Shown here piece by piece: positions 26,827-32,000 of a stretch of DNA of 32,000 bases. A program made the translations under genes and the position numbers. Below the pieces are notes generated by a model that saw nothing but the letters and a program-made list of their open reading frames with translations, had not been told where the DNA came from and did no database searches. Numbering within the stretch: position 1 is the first letter of the stretch; every line of letters starts with the position of its first letter. Source of the DNA: Delftia acidovorans NBRC 14950 (GTDB lineage: Bacteria; Pseudomonadota; Gammaproteobacteria; Burkholderiales; Burkholderiaceae_C); assembly GCF_001598795.1 (NCBI RefSeq), contig NZ_BCZP01000012.1, positions 60,001 to 92,000 of the forward strand, in the 5' to 3' direction.

Positions 26827-27522
26827 ATGCTGAACATCAACAACCTGCATGCCTATTACGGCAAAAGCCATGTGCTGCATGGCGTGGATTTCTCGGTGCA
26901 GCCCGGCGAGATCGTCGCGCTGCTGGGGCGCAACGGCTCGGGCCGCTCCACCACGGCCAAGGCCATCATGGGCCTGGTGCACTGGGAGGGCTCGCTGGAC
27001 TGGAAGGGCCAGAGCCTGACCGGCCGCAAGGCCTACGAGATCGCCCACCTGGGCGTGGGCTACGTACCCGAGAGCCGCGACGTGTTCCCCAACCTCACCG
27101 TGCACCAGAACCTGCTGCTGGGACAGAAGGGCAAGGGCCGGGACAGCCGCTGGGGCTTCGACGACATGTACGCCATGTTCCCGCGCCTGAAGGAGCGTCA
27201 GCACACCGAGGCCGGCGTGATGTCGGGCGGCGAGCAGCAGATGCTGACCCTGTGCCGCACGCTGATGGGCGACCCCGACCTGATCATCATCGACGAGCCC
27301 ACTGAGGGCCTGGCACCCAAGATCGTCGAGCTGGTGGGCGAGTACCTGCAAAAGATCAAGCAGCGCGGCGTGTCCGTGCTGCTGATCGAGCAAAAGCTCA
27401 CCATTGCCATGAGCATCTCCGACCGGGCCCTGGTCATGGGCCATGGGCGCATCGTCTTCGACGGCACGCCCGACGGGCTGCGCGCCGATCAGAAAGTACG
27501 CAAGGAGTGGCTGGAGGTCTGA
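26827..27522 (+). CDS. ABC transporter ATP-binding protein, LivF family
   Basis: ATG at 26827 with a GAGGGA SD sequence (the track start 26746 overlaps the LivG-type gene). Walker A GRNGSGRST, signature MSGGEQQML, Walker B IIIDEPTEGL. Confidence 0.93.
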   Translation: MLNINNLHAYYGKSHVLHGVDFSVQPGEIVALLGRNGSGRSTTAKAIMGLVHWEGSLDWKGQSLTGRKAYEIAHLGVGYVPESRDVFPNLTVHQNLLLGQKGKGRDSRWGFDDMYAMFPRLKERQHTEAGVMSGGEQQMLTLCRTLMGDPDLIIIDEPTEGLAPKIVELVGEYLQKIKQRGVSVLLIEQKLTIAMSISDRALVMGHGRIVFDGTPDGLRADQKVRKEWLEV

Positions 27523-27540
27523 TACCTGCCTGTTCTCTGC

Positions 27541-29007
27541 TCAGGGTGCACTGGCCAGGGCGCTCGTTGCCTGCGTACGCTCCGTCCAGCCGCCACCCAA
27601 TGACTTGTACAGATCGATCAGGTTGCCCAGGCGCGCCAGCCGCGTCAGCACCAGCGCCTGCTGCGATCCGTAGCGCGTGCGCTGCGCATCCAGCAGGCTG
27701 AGGTTGTCGTCCAGGCCTTCGGCAAAGCGCTGGGCGGCCAGTTCCTCGGCCTGTTCGCTGGCGTCCAGCAGCAGTTGCTGCGCTTGCATCTGCTCGTCCA
27801 GCGTGCGTTTGCCGGCCAGACCATCGGCCACTTCGGCGAAGGCGGTCTGGATGGCCTGCTCGTAGCTGGCGACCTCGGCGCGCTGGCGCACCCGGGCGAC
27901 GTCTAGCTGGGCCCGCAGCGAGCCGCCCTGGAAGATGGGCAGGCCAATGCGCGGAATGAAGCTCCAGGTGCCCGAGCCTGCGTCGAACAGGCCGCCCAGG
28001 CTGGCGCTGGCCGTGCCGGCAACGCCCGTCAGCCCGATGGTGGGGAAGAACGCTGCCTGCGCGGCGCCGATGCTGGCGTTGGCTGCGCGCAGCCGGTGCT
28101 CCGCGGCGCGCAGGTCGGGGCGGCGCATCAGCAGGTCCGAGGGCAGGCCTGCGGGCAGATTGGCGGGCACCAGGTCGTCTGGCAGCGTGAGGGCCCTGTC
28201 GAGCTGGTGTGACAGCTCGGGTGTCAGCGGCTGGCCCAGCAGCAGCACCAGGGCGTTGCGGTCCCGTGCCGCCTGGCGCGTGTACAGCGCCCGGTTGGCC
28301 TGCGCCGTGCGCAGGGCGATCTCGGCGCGCCGCAGGTCGATGCGGTTGGCGCTGCCAGCCTCCACCAACTGGGCCGTCAGTGCGAAGGAGCGCTGCTGGG
28401 CCTCCAGCGTCTGCTGCGTCAGGCCCAGCAGTTCCTGGTCTGCGCGCAGCGCCAGATAGGCGTTGGCCACTTCGGCGACCAGGCTCAGTTGCCCGGCCGT
28501 GCGGGTTTCGTCCAGGGCCAGGTAGGCGGCCAGCGCCTGTTCGCCGAGGCTGCGTATGCGGCCCCACAGGTCCAGCTCCCACGAGACGACGCCCGCGAAC
28601 TGGAAATTGCGACGGATGCCGGCTGTGCCGCTGGGGTTGAGGTCGGCTGGCAGGCGCTGTGCCGAACCGTCGGCGCCCAAGCCGATGCGCGGCAGCAGGT
28701 CGGCGCGCTGTATGCGGTACTGGGCCCGCGCCATCTCCACGTTCAGCGCGGCCTTGCGCAGGTCGCGGTTGTTGGCCAGGGACAGGGCCACCAGTTCCTG
28801 CAGCAGCGGGTCGCGCAGGAAGTCTCGCCAGCCGATGTCGGCCACGGCCTGCGGGGCCGCATCGGCATCGCCATAGGCGGGACCGCTGGGGTAGATGGTG
28901 TCGATGGGCGCTGGCGGGCGCTCATATCTGGGGGCCAGCGAGCAGCCGGCCAGCAGGCTGGCCAGGGCCAGCAGCGACAGTTTTTTCAGGGGGCGTTCAG
29001 TCCGCAT
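27541..29007 (-). CDS. RND efflux outer-membrane factor lipoprotein (NodT/OprM family)
   Basis: Lipobox LLAGCSL. It has the duplicated OEP repeat architecture with coiled-coil-like Ala/Leu/Gln-rich segments and ends ..LYKSLGGGW. The start overlaps the stop of the RND pump by 11 nt. Confidence 0.9.
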   Translation of the reverse strand: MRTERPLKKLSLLALASLLAGCSLAPRYERPPAPIDTIYPSGPAYGDADAAPQAVADIGWRDFLRDPLLQELVALSLANNRDLRKAALNVEMARAQYRIQRADLLPRIGLGADGSAQRLPADLNPSGTAGIRRNFQFAGVVSWELDLWGRIRSLGEQALAAYLALDETRTAGQLSLVAEVANAYLALRADQELLGLTQQTLEAQQRSFALTAQLVEAGSANRIDLRRAEIALRTAQANRALYTRQAARDRNALVLLLGQPLTPELSHQLDRALTLPDDLVPANLPAGLPSDLLMRRPDLRAAEHRLRAANASIGAAQAAFFPTIGLTGVAGTASASLGGLFDAGSGTWSFIPRIGLPIFQGGSLRAQLDVARVRQRAEVASYEQAIQTAFAEVADGLAGKRTLDEQMQAQQLLLDASEQAEELAAQRFAEGLDDNLSLLDAQRTRYGSQQALVLTRLARLGNLIDLYKSLGGGWTERTQATSALASAP

Positions 29008-32000
29008 GGCGTACTCCGATCTGCTGCGCGGGTGAGGTGGATGGCGTGGCCGCAGGGCGCTGGCGGCGCGTGGTCCAGCGCCTCACCAGCACGTAGAACA
29101 CAGGCGTGAGCACCAGGCCGAACAGCGTCACGCCCAGCATGCCGGCGAACACGGCCACGCCCATGGCATGGCGCATCTCGGCACCGGCGCCGCTGGCCAG
29201 CACCAGGGGCACGACTCCGGCAATGAAGGCCAGCGAGGTCATCAGGATCGGGCGCAGGCGCAGGCGCGCCGCTTCGAGCACGGCGGCGAGCGGGTCGGCC
29301 CCTTCGTCTTCCTTGGCGCGTGCGAACTCCACGATGAGGATGGCGTTCTTGGCGGCCAGCCCCACAAGCACCACAAAGCCGATCTGCGTGAAGATGTTGT
29401 TGTCGCCGCCGGTCAGCCACACCCCGGCGATCGCCGACAGCAGCGCCATGGGGGCGATCAGCAGCACGGCGAAGGGCAGCGACCAGCTGTTGTACTGGGC
29501 CGCGAGGATCAGGAAGGCCAGCAGCACGGCCAGTGGGAAGATGTACAGCGCCGAGTTGCCGGCCTGCTTTTCCTGGTAGACCAAGTCCGTCCATTCGAAG
29601 GTCATGCCTTCGGGCAGGGTTTCGCGCGCAATCCGCTCCATGGCGTCGGTGGCCTGGCCCGAGGAGTAGCCGGGCGCCGGCCCGCCGCTGATGTCGGCCG
29701 AGGGAAAGCCGTTGTAGTGGATCACCCGGTCCGGGCCCGAGCTGCGGGTGATGCGCACGAAGGCGCTCAACGGGATCATGTCCCCGGCCGCGTTGCGCAG
29801 CTTGAGCCGGCCGATGTCCTCGGCCTGCATGCGAAACGGCGCGTCGGCCTGTGCCATGACGCGGTAGGTGCGGCCGAAGCGGTTGAAGTCGTTGACGTAC
29901 AGCGAGCCCAGGTTGATCTGCAGCGTCTCGAACACGTCGGTCAGCGAGATGCCCAGCGACTTGGCCTTGGTCCGGTCGACGTCCACCTGCAGCTGCGGCG
30001 CGTTGGTCTGGAAGCTGGCCAACATGCTGGCCAGCTCGGGCGTCTGCATGGCCTTGGCCATGAGGGCGCCCTGGGCCTGCACCAGCGCCTCCAGGCCCAG
30101 GCCCGCGCGGTCTTCGATCTGCATCTTGAAACCGCCCATGCTGCCCAGGCCCGGCACGGGCGGCGGCGGAAACATGCCCAGAAAACCGTCGGGGATCTGG
30201 CTGAACCGGCCCATCAGTTTCCCCGCGATGGCATTGGCGGACAGCGATGGGTCCTTGCGCTCGGCAAAGGGCTTGAGCATGGCGAACATGACGGCCGAGT
30301 TGGGCACGTTCACGAAGCCGTTGATGGACAGGCCCGGGAAGGCCACCACGCTCTCCACCCCGGGCTCGGCCAGCGCGATCTCGGACATCTGCTTGACCAC
30401 GGCCTCGGTCCGGTCCAGCGAGGCCCCGGTGGGCAACTGGGCGATGCCGACCAGGAAGTACTTGTCCTGGGCCGGAACGAAGCCACCGGGCACCTGCTGG
30501 AAGCCCAGCCAGGCCAGGGCCACGAAGCCGCCATACAGCAGCAGCACGATGGCGCTGCCGCGCACTGCGCGGCGTACCGTGCCCACGTAGGCATTGGAGG
30601 CGCCGTCGAAGAAGCGGTTGAACAGGCGGAAGAACCCGCCGAACACGGCGTCCATGGCGCGCGTGAGTCGGTCGGGCCTTGCCCCGCCGTGGTGGGGCTT
30701 GAGCAGGATGGCCGACAGCGCGGGCGACAGTGTCAGCGAGTTGATGGCCGACAGGATGGTCGATATGGCGATGGTCAGCGCGAACTGGCGGTAGAACTCG
30801 CCCTGCAGGCCCGACAGAAAGGCCGATGGGATGAAGACCGCCGCCAGCACCGAGGTGATGGCCAGGATGGGACCGGTGACCTCGTCCATGGCCTTGCGCG
30901 CCGCGTCGCGCGGCGATTCGCCCAGGGCGATGTGGCGTTCCACGTTCTCGACCACCACGATGGCATCGTCCACCACGATGCCGATGGACAGCACCAGCCC
31001 GAACAGCGACAGCGTGTTCAGCGAAAAGCCGAAGATCTGCATCAGCGCGAAGGTGCCCACCAGTGACACCGGTACGGCCACCAGCGGGATGATGGAGGCG
31101 CGCCAGGTCTGCAGGAACAGCACCACCACGATGACCACCAGCACGATGGCCTCCAGCAGCGTGACGGCCACCGATTGCAGCGAGGCGCGCACGAAGACCG
31201 TGGGGTCGTAGGCGATGCGGTACTCGATGTCCTGCGGGAAGCCCTTTTGCAGCTCTTGCATCCTGGCGCGCACGGCATTGGAGACGTCGATGGCATTGGC
31301 GCCGGGGCTCTGGATGATCTGCATGGCCAGTGCCGGCTCGCCATCGAGCAGGCTGCGCAGGGTGTAGGCGTCGGCGCCCAGCGAGATGCGGGCTACGTCG
31401 CGCAGGCGCGTGACCTGGCCGTCGGCGCCGGATTGGACGATGATGTCGCCGAACTGTTCCTCGCTGGCCAGGCGGCCCATGGTATTGACCGTCACCTGGA
31501 AGGCCGACGAGGTGTCGGGCTGCTGGCCCACCGAGCCGGCCGCGACCTGCACGTTCTGCTCACGGATGGCGGCGACCACATCGCTGGCACTGAGCCCGCG
31601 CGTGGCCACCTTGGCCGGATCCAGCCACACGCGCATGGAGTATTCGCCCGCGCCCCAGACCTGCACATCGCCGATGCCGGGCAGGCGCGCCAGTTCGTCG
31701 CGCACCTGGCGCAGGGCGAAGTTGGACAGGTACAGCGGGTCGTAGCGCTTGCCGGGCGAGACCAGGTGCACCACCATCAGCACGTCGGGCGAGGTCTTTT
31801 GCGTGACCACGCCGATGCGCTGCACCTCCTGCGGCAGGCGGGGCAGGGCGCGCGAGACCCGGTTTTGCACCTGGATCTGCGCCATGTCCGGGTCGGTGCC
31901 CTGCTTGAAGGCGATGCTGATCGCCATCCGGCCGTCGGTGGTCATCTGGGAGCTCATGTAGAGCATGTTCTCCACGCCGTTGATGACCTGCTCCAGCGGC
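28997..32000 (-). CDS. RND multidrug efflux permease, AcrB/MexB (HAE1) type; 5' end outside window
   Basis: Collinear by eye with E. coli AcrB from about residue 60: VINGVENMLYMSS, IAQIQVQNRV, DDAIVVVENVER, and twelve-TM features. The reading frame stays open to nt 32000. Confidence 0.95.
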   Translation of the reverse strand, partial: PLEQVINGVENMLYMSSQMTTDGRMAISIAFKQGTDPDMAQIQVQNRVSRALPRLPQEVQRIGVVTQKTSPDVLMVVHLVSPGKRYDPLYLSNFALRQVRDELARLPGIGDVQVWGAGEYSMRVWLDPAKVATRGLSASDVVAAIREQNVQVAAGSVGQQPDTSSAFQVTVNTMGRLASEEQFGDIIVQSGADGQVTRLRDVARISLGADAYTLRSLLDGEPALAMQIIQSPGANAIDVSNAVRARMQELQKGFPQDIEYRIAYDPTVFVRASLQSVAVTLLEAIVLVVIVVVLFLQTWRASIIPLVAVPVSLVGTFALMQIFGFSLNTLSLFGLVLSIGIVVDDAIVVVENVERHIALGESPRDAARKAMDEVTGPILAITSVLAAVFIPSAFLSGLQGEFYRQFALTIAISTILSAINSLTLSPALSAILLKPHHGGARPDRLTRAMDAVFGGFFRLFNRFFDGASNAYVGTVRRAVRGSAIVLLLYGGFVALAWLGFQQVPGGFVPAQDKYFLVGIAQLPTGASLDRTEAVVKQMSEIALAEPGVESVVAFPGLSINGFVNVPNSAVMFAMLKPFAERKDPSLSANAIAGKLMGRFSQIPDGFLGMFPPPPVPGLGSMGGFKMQIEDRAGLGLEALVQAQGALMAKAMQTPELASMLASFQTNAPQLQVDVDRTKAKSLGISLTDVFETLQINLGSLYVNDFNRFGRTYRVMAQADAPFRMQAEDIGRLKLRNAAGDMIPLSAFVRITRSSGPDRVIHYNGFPSADISGGPAPGYSSGQATDAMERIARETLPEGMTFEWTDLVYQEKQAGNSALYIFPLAVLLAFLILAAQYNSWSLPFAVLLIAPMALLSAIAGVWLTGGDNNIFTQIGFVVLVGLAAKNAILIVEFARAKEDEGADPLAAVLEAARLRLRPILMTSLAFIAGVVPLVLASGAGAEMRHAMGVAVFAGMLGVTLFGLVLTPVFYVLVRRWTTRRQRPAATPSTSPAQQIGVRHAD

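Noticed and set aside
24573-26843. 756-aa ORF on the minus strand
   Set aside because: It is antisense to the LivM- and LivG-type genes, which have Walker motifs and transmembrane segments. It has low-complexity shadow-frame composition.
29168-31066. 632-aa ORF on the plus strand
   Set aside because: It is antisense to the AcrB-type pump, which is collinear with AcrB. This is a shadow ORF.

Overview
This is a high-GC window, densely coding on both strands. It reads like ordinary core chromosome of a Burkholderiales (Comamonadaceae-like) betaproteobacterium; the taxon is my inference from protein motifs and codon style and is not verified. I support 26 protein genes.

Gene content, left to right:
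- 3' part of a FimV-like gene.
- Thiamine cluster thiO-thiS-thiG-thiE (minus strand) behind a TPP riboswitch, divergent from thiD.
- Exported SH3b protein and exported ankyrin-repeat protein.
- Orphan TonB-dependent receptor with a Fur-box-like site.
- Minus-strand string: AraC regulator, selO-msrB, yciB-bolA, parvulin PPIase.
- Plus-strand run: lipoprotein type-B carboxylesterase, lipoprotein CocE/NonD hydrolase, FACS-type acyl-CoA synthetase, two tandem paralogous LivK-type binding proteins, LivH/M/G/F-type ABC components.
- Convergent RND efflux operon: NodT-type outer-membrane lipoprotein plus an AcrB-type pump that runs off the right edge.

I found no rRNA or tRNA, CRISPR array, transposase or integrase, phage genes, or recognisable defence or toxin genes. 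I therefore do not claim a clearly novel system.

The most second-look-worthy items are:
1. The AraC / twin-lipoprotein-hydrolase / CoA-ligase / dual-receptor ABC locus, which may hydrolyse a substrate outside the cell, import the product and CoA-activate it.
2. The mosaic tandem binding-protein duplication, whose spacer holds a palindromic element and a terminator.
3. The ATGA-coupled selO-msrB and yciB-bolA pairs.
4. An enlarged TPP riboswitch and an N-terminally extended ThiE.

Many very long ORFs in the track are antisense or alternate-frame shadows typical of high-GC DNA, and I rejected them.
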